DNA of 56,605 nt from the NCBI GenBank assembly GCA_009602725.1, contig WELB01000029.1, positions 363,737-420,341 on the forward strand. The letters are read 5' to 3'. Under the pieces are notes generated by a model that ran no database searches, was not told the origin of the DNA, and worked only from the letters and a program-made list of their open reading frames with translations. Both the position numbers and the translations under genes were made by a program. Every line of letters starts with the position of its first letter. The first letter of the stretch is position 1. Origin of the DNA: Spirogloea muscicola (Eukaryota). Positions 24,501-37,033 of this stretch are shown here, piece by piece.

Positions 24501-27500
24501 TGCTTAGGCTCACACCGTGTCCACAATATGCATGCTGACTGTGCACATGATTTTGTCTCACACAGTGTATCGTACATTAGACATGCAAGCACTCTGTGCT
24601 TCACAGCATGTCTAGGAGGAGAATTACAATAAAGGATTTCTTGTGTGATTTATTGGAGACTGTTGTGCTTGTGGTGCAGGTACCTGTCAGCGCCAGCCGA
24701 TTGCGGTTGTGGAGGAACACCGCGGTGGCCTCGGAGACGAGCACAACCACCCTGGTCCCAGGCACAGTTGGTTACGAGTGGGACGTCGACACTGACAACG
24801 GCCTTCGTCCTGCTGGTCTGCACGAGAAGGGCCTTTGACCTCTATTAACTTTCACATTTAGTACATTTGAGTGCTGAATTTACAGAGATCCATTGTCAAC
24901 CTTCACCCGTTTTGCTGCAAGTTCAGCAGGGTGCCATGACTTGTCCAACACTGGTAGCTAACGAAATTGTCAATATCTGGCAGGGCTCATTCTGCTGTCC
25001 AAGACAGATGCGCAAGGAGTATCTGTGCTGGTGGACCAGGGTTCGAACTACGTTGACGGGCCTGCCACGCACACGATAAGCCTTTACAAGTGGGGCTCTC
25101 TACCAGCTATGCTTATGTGCTTATGCATGTAAACTGTCCACAAAGTGGATCACATTAACATGTTTTTGCAGAGTGCTCTGCAAAGCCCCTGCTGACAATC
25201 AGAGGTGGCCTGGCTTTGGAGGCAGACACGCCAGTGGAGCCCTGGTGTTTGCATCTGGCACTGTCCAATGGGCATGGGGCTTGGATGGAACCCACGACCG
25301 TCCCGAGAACTCGCCAACTGCTGTTGACCTCCAACCAATGCAGCAGGCCACAGTCAACCTCTTTGCTGATATGGCGGTCTTCCCTGCCACCATCCAGGTT
25401 TCCCAGCCTTGTCATGTGACAGCATGTTTTTGTTGCCCACTCTGTGAGCCTTACCCATAAAATTAGATGCTAAAATGTAAAGATCCAGAAGTAGATTCAC
25501 AACATCAGCACACACGACTTTTCCTAGTATTACATTTAACTGGACAGTGACAACCTTGACACCTCATCTGCGTGCGGCGCAGAGCAACCTGGTGTCCAGC
25601 ACCGCTTCGACGGACACACTGGCGCCAACAGCCAGCGTTGACTCTTACCCGCATTCGGGGTCCTCCTTGGCACAAGGAGCCTCTGTTACAATCAGTGGGA
25701 GCGCGACTGATCCGGGCTCGGAGGCGAGCGCCACCCAGATTGGCTCCGTCGAGGTCTCCACTGATGGTGGCGCTACCTGGCACCCCAGCACCACTCTAGT
25801 GCGCAGCTCAACAAGGTGCACAATTGCCGCCAGGCGTGATGATCCTTTAGTCAGCCCTCCTTGACTCTTCTGAGCGTTGCGCTTGAGATGCCATGCACAA
25901 TGTGGGGTCCGGAGAGCAATACAACCCTTGCCGGCTGCTTTAGCTGATTGCTGTGGCCAAGTGTAACCCACCTAATAAGTCATTGTTTGTGGCGTGCACC
26001 TGCAGTGCTACCTGGACATACAGCTTCACAGTCTCCAGCAGCAACTCCTCCCTCAGCCTCAGCCTTACGGCACGCGCCACGGATGACAGCCTCAATACAG
26101 GGGACGCTTCTGCGAGCATATTGGTCGTGTACCAGATGTCAGGGCAGCCAGCTGTAGGTGGTCCTGGCTCGCCAAGCCACTGCCCTTGCAGGATCTTTGG
26201 GGACAGCTTCCCAGCACCCGACCTTGTTGACGTGTCTGATGGGGTGAGCCACCGCGACAAGTAATTTGGGCATCTCACAACCTATAGTTGTACGACCTAC
26301 AATTAGACAACCTGCACGTAGATTCTGTCTAATTCAGTGAGGTCTTTCTGAGAACATAGGTGGGGCGAAGCTGACAACCAACGATGTTGTAGAGGAACTG
26401 ATGTGGACTAGACATTGTCGCTTGCTGCCCTCTAACAAGGGCAAATGTGTTAACAGCATCCTATCACCGTCGGCAACAAGGTGTACTTCCAATCAGATGG
26501 CTATGTCACTGGCATGCGTCACTATGCCAGTGTCAGCAGCTACTCCTACACGGCCCGCATCTACCAGGAGAATTGCACTCTCCTTGGGCAGGTCAGTCAT
26601 TCTGCCCGAGTTGAAGGGGCTAACCACGTGCATGTATGTAAGACCGGCTGATTTGTATGTTAAGGACGTGGAGACTCCCTATATGAGCTTGGGTGTTGAC
26701 CTGAAAGTGACATAGCACAGATGTTTGTTGATCTCTGCTGGAATGACCTTCACCTCTAGTTGTCTTGATGACGCTTGGCTGCCACTTGCAGGCTGCTTTC
26801 CCCGTCGTTTCCACCGCAGGCTGGCAGAATGTTTACTTTCCTTCCCCTGTACAAGTCACTGCAGCTACTACATATGTGGCAGCAGGTCGATAATCAATGC
26901 TCCAGACAGTCCTGTGCATGTAGCAAAGAACAACTATTACATTGTTTGGAACAATCTTGGCTCTACTTTTCAATACTCATCATGTGTGTGCTCTGAGCTT
27001 GTGCTCGCACTCGGTGATTGCAGTGTACTCACCGGATGGTAGATACAGTGACACAAATGGCTTCTTCGGAAGCATCACCAGTTACTCCGACTCGCAAGTG
27101 GCATTTGGTCAAGGAAATACCGCCGCCAGCCCCAACAATGTCTATATCTATGACAACGCATGCCCCAATGGTCCAGGCAGCTCGACTTATCAATCAGCCA
27201 ACTACTACATTGATGTCATCTTTGATTACGTCCCCGGCAGTTCAGATCCTCCAGCTGTAAGATCTTATGATGCACAGTATCTCCCATCTTTGCTGCTTAC
27301 ACCAATCAAGCTGGCAGCTCAATTTGCAGCTGCATGCAGGCTTACATGCTATCACATGTGCAAGTCTTACTCATGCAATGAGGTGACAACCTGCAGGTGC
27401 TTAGTATTAGTCCGGCAGATCAGGCCACAAGCGTGCGTACAAGCATAAGTTCAGTCATTGCTGCGTTCACCGAAAGCCTGGACCCTGCGACTGTGTCATC

Positions 27501-30500
27501 AAGCACCGTGACACTGATGGATGGTGCCAGCCCAGTTCCTGTAAGTGTCTCTCCTGTCTCACGATTTTCCCATGCTGTAATTAGAGGGCTCGCTGTGCTG
27601 TCATTCAGGTGAGCTAGCCTTGTGTGCATATTATGGCTACCACTCACAATTCGAGTAAAGCCTTCCAGTTACTCATTATGGCTTAATTGGCCCTGGCAGG
27701 GAATTGTCAGCTACGATTCCTCGCAGCTCGCAGTTGTCTACACACTGTCCAACAGCCTCGACGGGTCAACCAACTATGTGCTGACGATCAAGGGCGGGAC
27801 AGGTGGGGTGAAGAACACTTTGGGGACACCGCTTTCTTCAGATTTTACCTCAAGCTTCACCACCGGTGCTGCACCCATCACGCTGCCAGATCCCAACAGC
27901 GATAACGGCCCAGGTATGCTTTGTGTTATGGGGATATTGCTCCAAGCTAGAGTGTGGAGTCAGACTCGTGTCCGCTGCAGATCAGAAGTATGTGGAACCT
28001 TGGGTCATCAAGAGCAAGTCAACTTGCTATTGACCAGTGAAGGGCACCGGGACCTGGGGCCGTCGTTACAAAGGGTCCTCTAATTCAATCAACTAGCTTG
28101 CAGGGGGCCCAATCTTGGTAATTGTCAGTACCACCAATAAGTTCTGCCGGTACTTTGGCGAGATCTTGCGCGCCGAGGGCTTCAACTTGTTCACAATCAA
28201 GGACATTTCGGCCGTGACCAGCGCGGACCTCACGGCTGCTGATGTGGCCATTCTTGGAGACATACAGGCCGTGACGGCTGCACAGGCAAGCAAGCACAAG
28301 CAAAGTGTCTGTGATATAGTCGCGCCAACAGGGCGTGGCAACTTGCAAGAAACATGCTCGTGCAGATGTCGTATAATGGGGACCCAAGTAGCATTCGATC
28401 AGACTGGCCTGCAGATTCCTCGGCTCTGCAACACAATGTCTCACATGCATCTGCGTTGGGCACCTTGGGCAGGTCTCGTCGTTGTCCAACTGGGTGGCTG
28501 GTGGCGGGCGACTGATAGTCAGCAGGCCAAGCACGCTCTTTGCCTCCCTCCTCGGGCTCACCAGTGTCTCGGGCATCATCAGTGAAGGCTATTTCCTTGT
28601 CGACACTACTGTGGCACCTGGCAAAGGTACACATATGTCAGCACTTAGGCATCTCAGGAAAGGTATGCAAGGATTGTTTAGACATCCACAATTTCTGCTG
28701 CTAGAAAGACATGTACATCAATATCAACGTCCATATTTGTCCCGTACTTGCAGGCCTGACATCTGAGTCGATGCAGTACCACGGGACCAGCGACCAGTGG
28801 CAGGTCGATGCTGCAGCTTCTCCAGCTACCAGGAGGGTGGCCAGCCTCTCGGCGACGGCAACAGCGAGCACCGGGCTGGTGGCCGTCAGCTTGCGGACAG
28901 TGGGCGTTGCAGGCGGCCAGGTGGCTGCATTCACGTTTGACATTGCACGTTCCGTGGTGTACACAAGGCAGGGCAACCCAGCGTGGGCAGGCCAGGAGCG
29001 CGACATGATCAGCCCCAAGCGTTCAGATGACCTGTTCGCCCCCCAGCCCTGGCATCTGCAATGCTATCAACCACTGGAAATTATGGACCATTCAAGTGCA
29101 ATAGTAGACCCTTGAATATTACGTGTGGATCCACCTTCAGAGCTAGTCTTGAAAGTGGTGCCAAGATGCAAGACATGCCCTCCCCAAGGGCTGCATTAAT
29201 GACAGGAGTTCGTGTAATCATGACACAATCTGACAAGAGAGGTCTACGTTGCTGTATAGCAGATCAGGCACTGTTACTGCTCTCTGAGTCGTGTACATGC
29301 CCATGCAGATTCTACGGCGTGGTCGGCCAAGAGTGGGTGAACCGCGACAAGGTGCATATCCCTCAGGCAGATGAGCTGATGCGGCTACTGTCCAACGTCA
29401 TCCGTGCCCTGACCTTTGACATCAAGCCCCTCCCCAAGCTCTGGTACTTCCCCAACTACTACAAGGTGGTCGTCATCCTGACGGGCGACGAGCACGGGGA
29501 CGGCAATGTCGCTAGTCGCTTTGACAACCTGATGGTGACGCTCTATTTCATCTGGCCAACTCAGAAGTAGACCCACTCCATCAGGCGAATCTTAGATCCC
29601 ACATCACAGATCCTTACCATATATAGACACAGTTGTATTTATCCTAGTGCTAATACTTAAGTAGACCCCACATTGCGTCCTGCTATCTTCCCTGGCAATA
29701 TCTTGACATATCGACAGCAAGCTCCTTGTAGTAGCCTGACCTCATTCAACTCAAGCTCGTGCTGTTGTGGGCATTGCCACCTTGCTAGGCTGCCGATCCA
29801 CCGAGCTGCAACCTTACAAGGTGGGAGTGCATCAGGGGTTCCTCGTACTTCTACCTGGGTGGCTCCTTCAGCAACACGCAGGCCCAGGTCCACTGACTCC
29901 TGCCCATGTCTTGTGCCAATGCATAATGGTTGTTGCTTTATCAAGTCAGACGCTAGCTTACCTACGTCAGTCTCAATTGCTTAACTTCTTGTGGGCCTGG
30001 ACTTGCAGCACTATCAATCTCTTGGTTTTGAAATGGGAGTGCATGTGAACACCGGCTGCGCCGACTGGACACCAGCAACTTTGGACCAATTCTACGTTGA
30101 CCAGCTAGGCTCATTTGGTGAAAAGTACACGTCAGTGCCACCGCAAACGACGCACCGCACGCACTGCATTGCGTGGAGCGACTGGGCGACGCAGCCTAAG
30201 GTGGAGCTCAGCCACGGTGGGCCGTACTGAACCACCTTCACCTGGACACAGGCCTCTTTCACATTGTTTTCTGGCACGCAGAATGCTTAGAAACAGCAAC
30301 AATCATCACTGTGTACCTTATCTGCAGGCATTCGGCTGGACACGAACTACTACTATTACCCTCCTTTCAACACGCAGGGCCAGCCTGGCTGGATCTCCGG
30401 CACGTATGTCGGCCACATGTCTGGCTCTGCCCTTCCCATGAGGTGCGTCCACTTAAGCTGACAGCATTGACACCGAGCAGTAGCAAGTGGAGGAGCCACC

Positions 30501-33500
30501 TTACCCACGTCGTTTGACTGTATGTGCTGCTGACACGTTCTTTGAGGAGTTTGACAGTTACTCCTGGCAGTTACTTAACGCCCATGTTTCATCACACAGA
30601 TTTGCAGACCTTGACGGGCAAATAATTGACGTTTTCCAAGTGATGACTGAGATGACGGATGAGTCAGGCCAGACATACCCGAGCTTTGTGAACACGCTCC
30701 TGGACGCAGCTCTCGGCGCGCCACAGTACTACGCCGCTCTGACAGTCAACGCTCACTCCGACTCGGAGCCCAATCCTGTGACCCAGGCGATCGTTGCGGT
30801 GACCATCTTGCTGCCTAGAAGAACCCTGTGACATAGTCGCAGGGCACATATTGCATGCTTGAGATGGATGGGCTTATGCAATATGCAGGTCACAAGAAAA
30901 CCACAATCTGATGGTTGACAGTTGGTCGCTTTGTGCAGTCAAGCAAGTCGAGGAACACGCCAGTCGTCAGTGCTACTCAGATGCTCCAGTGGATCGATAA
31001 GCGGAACAAGGTGTCATTCAGCAACATTGTCATGTCGCCGGCTAGGGACTCACTGACGTTCACCGTCGCCACCTCGGGCAGCTTCCCCTGGGGCGTTACA
31101 TCAACCCTGCCTACCATCATCAACTCGGGTATGTGCTCTTCACAAGTCAATCAAGGGGCTCTGATGCCATGACCCTGGGTTTCACCACATCCAGCTGGAG
31201 TTGGCGGTACAGTAGCATGAGCATCATTCAGCCTCTGAAGATAAACAACAAAATGAGCGTCACCCAGCAGTATGCAGTTGATTTCAGCTGCAAGCTACAT
31301 TGCAGCTACATGGACTTGGTTATATCTCACAAACTTGATCCATGTCAGGAGTGCTGCTGGGCATCACTGGACCAGGCGGCGCTGTCTCGTACAAGACCGA
31401 CACAATAAAGGGTGAGTGTGGCAGCCAGCCTCGGTAGCCTGCCCCTGTGTGACATGTCGCACTGCAGCAAATATGTTGGGCTAAAGAATTTCTTGAATGT
31501 GCGAGTGTTTTTCTCGGGCTTCATCCATGTGCAGGCATCCAGCACGCGGTCTTCGCAGTCATTCCGGGCGATTACACTGCCACATACAGCAATGCGCCGC
31601 TGCCGCAGTCGCCTCCGCCGCCCCCACCTGTGGCTCCAGCCCCTGCGCCCGCTTCCTCACCTTCTGCACCAACGATCTACGACAGCACTGCTGCAGACTT
31701 CGCAGCAGCTACTACACTGTCGGCTGCCTGCTACATATCCCAGGAATCTGATGGCGAGGTCATTCTGGCCCCCACACTTGGTGAGCTTATCAGTTGCCTT
31801 GGTCAGTCTGCAATTGTCACTCAGGCATCTGGTTGTGACGTTAAGCAAGGTAGGCCTCAAAGGGCTGTGCACCAAGCGAGTGCTGCAGAGATGGTCATCA
31901 ACCTGACATCCTCCAAAACCGAGTGTGGCAGCGACGGAGTTTCCGTCGCCACTGGGGCCCGACTTTCAGGCAGATGTTTGGGACGGCACGGGATCACTGA
32001 CGTACGCACCAACGGGCAAGTTGACGCTGAGCCGAGCATACGTACGGGCAGCGGCATACACGGCCGCCCCCACAGGCGATCAGGTCGTCGCGCTCGAGTT
32101 CTCCGCCAACTTCTCGGCCGACGCTACTGCCTCCCAGAACCAGCACGTGGGCTTTGGCACAGACCTTAACGGCTGCCCCTGGGCCCTTATAAGCACGACC
32201 AGGGGCTCATCAGGCCAGCTATATGCGCGAACATGCGGCCCGTCGAACTCCGACGAGGTCATCGGTCTCGGCGATAGCTCCCTCGGCTCCTTCCACACGT
32301 TCCGTATCGAGGTGGGCGGCGCTTGGCTCCTCACTCCCACTCAATGTATCCTCTGTTGACCTGTTCGCTAGGCAAAGAAGCAGCACCGAAGCAGACAATG
32401 ACCCGTGTTTCCTACATTTGGTTGGCAGTGGCGGGCAACCGGGTTCACGTACCTGCTCGACGGTGTTATGGTGGCCATGTCAACCGTAACGATTGGTAGT
32501 CAGATGAGGCCGATTGGCAGCGCATACTCAAGCAACCCAACGACGCTGACACTGGACTGGCTGCACCTCAGCCCCTACAGCTCCGCAGCGTGCCAGTTCT
32601 CATCGCAGCCGCTGGCAGCTCCCGGGGCTGCGGCGGTTATGTGGCAGTCTCTGACACTGGACGAAGATGTGCCGGCGAGTACTTCTATTGGGGGAGTGGC
32701 ATGGAGCTATGGTAGTGTCCTGCCACCAGACACGTCCTGGACGACTGTGGCGCTGCCGACCCAGGCGAGTGCCACATGGGTGCTGAGCCCTGGGAGTGCG
32801 TCGATGTACATGATATACTCATTTGCGCTGGCATCAACCGATGGGCAGCACACCCCGGCAGTGCGGCAGGCTGCCGTCACTTATGGGACAGGTCAGCCGC
32901 AGTTGTTTGAGCATCAATATCTGAGTTTCCTGATTTGCATCAACTACTCTGTAGACTGCAGCGGCTCAGGCCTTGTGCTGACTGTGCAACTCTTTCTGCA
33001 GCGTCCTCACTGTCGCCGCCGCAGCCGGTGTCTCCTCCGCCACCTCCCACGCCACCTTCACCAAAGACGTCATCTCCAGTACTGCCGCCGCCTTCATCAC
33101 CGCCCCCAGTTGCACCAACGCAGCCCCCAATGACAAACTCTAACCTCACAGACACGAACACCACAGACTTTGCCGCCGGCTCGGCGACCGGCTGCTACAT
33201 TGCTCAGCGCAGGGACGGTGAAGTGATTGTGGCGCCAACACTTGGTTAGCATTCTCTTCCCTGCAAAGCTTCTTAAGGTCTTTGCAAGCTGGGCTTTAAT
33301 TATCCTGGTGCAAATCTTTGGGCACACTACGAATCTTACATCTGCGCTTTGCCTTCTGCCTGTTATCCAGCGACTGAATTCTCGGCACCAGTGGGCTCTG
33401 ACTTCGAGGCAAACACCTGGGACAGCCAGGGTGCATTGACGTATGACACGACGGCGGGCACTTTGACGTTGAGCCGAGCGTATGTGCGGGCGGCAGCATT

Positions 33501-34961
33501 CACCATGGCCCCCACTGGCAGCCAGGTCATTGCACTCGAGTTCTCGGCAAAGTATGCAGCTGACGCGGCTGCATCGCAGAACCAGCATGTTGGATTTGGC
33601 ACCGACCTCAATGCCTGCCCGTGGGCTATTATTAGCACAACCCGAGGCTCATCAGGTCAGCTGTATGCACGGACATGCGATGGAACAAACAGCGAGGAGG
33701 TCATTGGCCTCAGTGACAACTCCCTTGGTGCCTTCCACACGTTCCGGATTGAGGTGAGTGGCTCTTGTTGGCCCCACGTGCTTCTTCCAGTGTGGCCTCC
33801 AATTTCTGTGTGTGTGCTCTTGTGGCGCATTATGTGTCATTAGTGAAGGTGGACCGCACGAGGCAGAAAGAGCATGACGTGTAACCTCTGTCATTGGCTT
33901 GCAGTGGCGAGCGACTGGATTCACATATCTGCTCGACAACGTTGTGGTGGCAACGTCAAGCGTGACAATCAGCGCCCAGATGAGGCCAATCGGCAGCGCG
34001 CTCTCAAGCAACCAGCCAATCCAGCTGACGCTGGACTGGCTGCACCTGCTACCATACGGCCCCACCTCGCCCTCTTGCACGTTCACATCACGAGCGCTCG
34101 CTGCGCCAGGCAGCACACCGGCTCTGTGGACCTCGCTCAGTCTGGAGGAGGACGTGCCGGCAGGCACGTCTGTCACATCGGTGAGCTGGAGCTATGGGGA
34201 CGTCCTGCCGCCAGATGCGTCCTGGACGACGACGGCTCTGCCAGCCAACGGTGGCCCCGTTTACACACTTGCTGCCAGCCGCCCGACCAAGTACATGGCC
34301 TACTCGTTCGTTCTCTTTCCGTCAGCTGATGGGCAGCGCACGGCAGCCATTGGCGCAGTCGCTGTCTCATACCAGCCAGGTAAGCTTCACCATCACCATT
34401 TGTGCAAAATGCTTTACTCTGAAATGGTTGTCTGCACTGTGAGCCGGCTGCCACAGCCCTTACCCCCTTGGCCATTTGGCCTTCGTTTGTATCAAACACT
34501 TCAAATTTTCCAGTGGGAGATCCACTTTCTTCATTCTATTGTCTTTCTTTTTCTCCGGATATAAATCCCATTATCTGTTTGCCGCAGCGCCGCCGCCGCC
34601 GCCATCACCGCCGCCGCCGCCGCCGCCGCGGCCCTGGCTGCGCAGGCTTCCCGCGAGGCCCTTCCTGGCGGCTCACGGTCTCCTCACGGTCTCGTCGTCT
34701 GCCAGTCCACTGCCTGCGACATGGTCGTCCGTTAGCTAATGTGCCGCCGATGGCTGCGGCCGCTGCGTGGTGTCGCAGGGCGTCGGCGGAGGCCATGTCC
34801 CGGCGCTGCGGCGACCGCTTCCCTNGCGCCCGCCGCCGCCGCCGCCGCGCCCGCCGCCGTCGCCACGGCCTCCACCACCACCTCGCCCACCACCATCACC
34901 TCACCCACCGGCACCGCCTCGGCCACCCCCGCCAACTCGACCTCCACCTCCCCCACGCTAA
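21512..34961 (+). CDS. Large secreted multidomain protein: signal peptide; N,N-dimethylformamidase-beta-like (DUF6605-type) domain; Ig-like; DUF4082; Big_5-like Ig; GATase-like plus deacetylase-like region; two tandem lectin/ConA-like modules; SPn/Pro-rich linkers and tail. About 36 exons
   Basis: Spliced translation: MAPAAAAMTGPKALLWAAVLLSCCAAGALAA (signal); [206 protein letters not shown] tail. Family names come from motif recognition, not a search. Confidence 0.85.
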
Positions 34962-37033
34962 CTTGCCATTATCCAGCGACCTCCACTAATGTGCTCCTCA
35001 AGTCACGCTCTGACCAGGCACTGCAGACGAGGGCTGCTAGTAAGCCATCAGGAGATGAAGGATTCACTGAATAGACTACACACACTTCAGCTTTTCATAC
35101 TCTTCAGTCTTCTGCTTTTATTCACATGCAACGCATGGCAGAGTTAAGAGCTTCGTGAGCTGCAGAGCAACCCCGGTATCCTGACTACCCATTTGTCACT
35201 TGTGAGCACTAAGCAGCTCTGAATCTTCACACATTTAATCCTGTAGTACTACCGCCCATTAGCTCTTTATGCATATGAATCAGAATCAAGATGGAACAGA
35301 ATAACTCCAGCATGTGCTGCAGCCAGAGCAGGGCCGATCAGAGGTGCAGCTCGTCCAAAGGAGGTGAGGGCTGTAATAAGCCAATTCACATGAAAATGGA
35401 CATGGTTGAAAAGCTGGAAAGCGCAAAGAGCACTGAGCTTACTGTGCAGCAACTAAACCTTCTGCAGCTACCTGCTTTGGGAGAGAGCGTCTTGTCCCCA
35501 TCCCCAAGTAGAGGTAAAGAAAGAAAAGCGCAGCCCAATTGACTGGTGGCTGTGAAAGGCCAGCCCAAAGGAATGGACAAGGTCTGAAGGAGCCGGATGG
35601 TGCAGAAAGCAAGGTACTAATGACTAAGACGGCAGCAAGGGGACTCTCAGTAACCTCTAGTCAGTGGATGCAAATCGGAATAACTAGCAGGCGGATTGAC
35701 GTTGCCCTGACGGAAGCTGGAGGCCACGGCCAAAGAGTGGCCCGCGCGCAAGTGGACCGCGAAGACAAGGGACCGCTGCAAGGAGATGGCCAAGCGCATC
35801 CAGAAGACTTGGGCAAGGGACCCGGCGACATTGAAGCTCGCACTGCTGCCCGTGGCGCGGGCCACTGCACTCCGCGCAAGGGGGTGAATAAGGTCAAGCC
35901 ATTCTGTCTCAAAAGCTCCGTGTACGTCGACGGCGAGTGGGACGAACTCCTCCCCCTTTGGGTGATACGGACCAGCTCTATCAAAGGAGGCGAGTAAAAA
36001 CTTCTCAGCAGCCGCAGCTTGGACAAAGTAGCAGCTAGAAAGAAAGAAACCGCGTGGTGCCCACGAAATGAACCGAGGAAGACGCCTCCAGGAGAAGGCG
36101 ATGGCTGAGAGTGGCCAGCCCAGACAATGGGGATAGTCCATTCTTTTCTGGGCTGGCTTTGCTAGCCCCTCTTTTTCTATGGGCGAGCCCTTCCCCCAGG
36201 GATTGGGGGGGGGGGGAAGGAGGGCCGGCAGAGCCCCTGGGGGCCTTTCCGGCAGCTAGTTTGTCGGATTTGAGGCTCCTCACTCGTAAATACTGAGTGG
36301 TCCATCCTCCCCCATTCTGACATAGCATTTTCAGGCCCCTTCGTAGCTGCTTAGCGCTTTTTCGGCCCTTCCGTCAATTGGCCCCTTCGAACCTTTGTCA
36401 ATTCTTTTCGGGCTGGCTTTTCACAGCCCTTGCCCCCATTGGGAGTGCCAATTCTTTCCTGCTGAGTGGTCCATCCTCCCCCGTTCTGACATAGCATCTT
36501 CAGGCCCCTTCGTAGCGAGCACTTTCTTCGTGGCTGCTTAGCACTTTTTAGGCCCCTCCGTCATTTGGCCCCAACGAAACTTTGTCAATTTCTTTTTCGG
36601 GCTGGCTCACAGCCCTTGCCCCCATTGGGAGTGCCACCTCTTCTTTCCTGCGTCTTCTAGGCAACCCGACGAGACCCAGAAAAAGAAAGCGTGGCCCAAG
36701 AAAGAAGAAGAAGGGCTCGCCCATTGAGGATAGGAGCTGGGAAATGCCAGCCCAAAAGAGAATAAAGAAATGACGAGAAGGGGCCAAGGAAACTAAGAAT
36801 CAATAAAAAAGCACGTCCGGAAGCAGCAGCCATGGCACGGCCTGCCCGCAAGTGTACTGCGTGAGCTGGGGACCGGAGGAAGATTGGGAGCAAGCGCGGC
36901 CAGATTAACTGGTGGCTGGGAGAGGCCAGCAAGAGATTGTGGGTAGCAAAGTAAAACAGCACTTCCGAATTGACAGCAGTGGCTGTGAGAGGCCAGCCCA
37001 AAAGGAATGGACAACTGGACAAAGGACACAAAG

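Noticed and set aside
21512..34961. Bacterial contamination as the source of the DUF4082 gene
   Set aside because: About 35 GT/GC-AG introns interrupt the coding sequence, and it is contiguous with plant genes.
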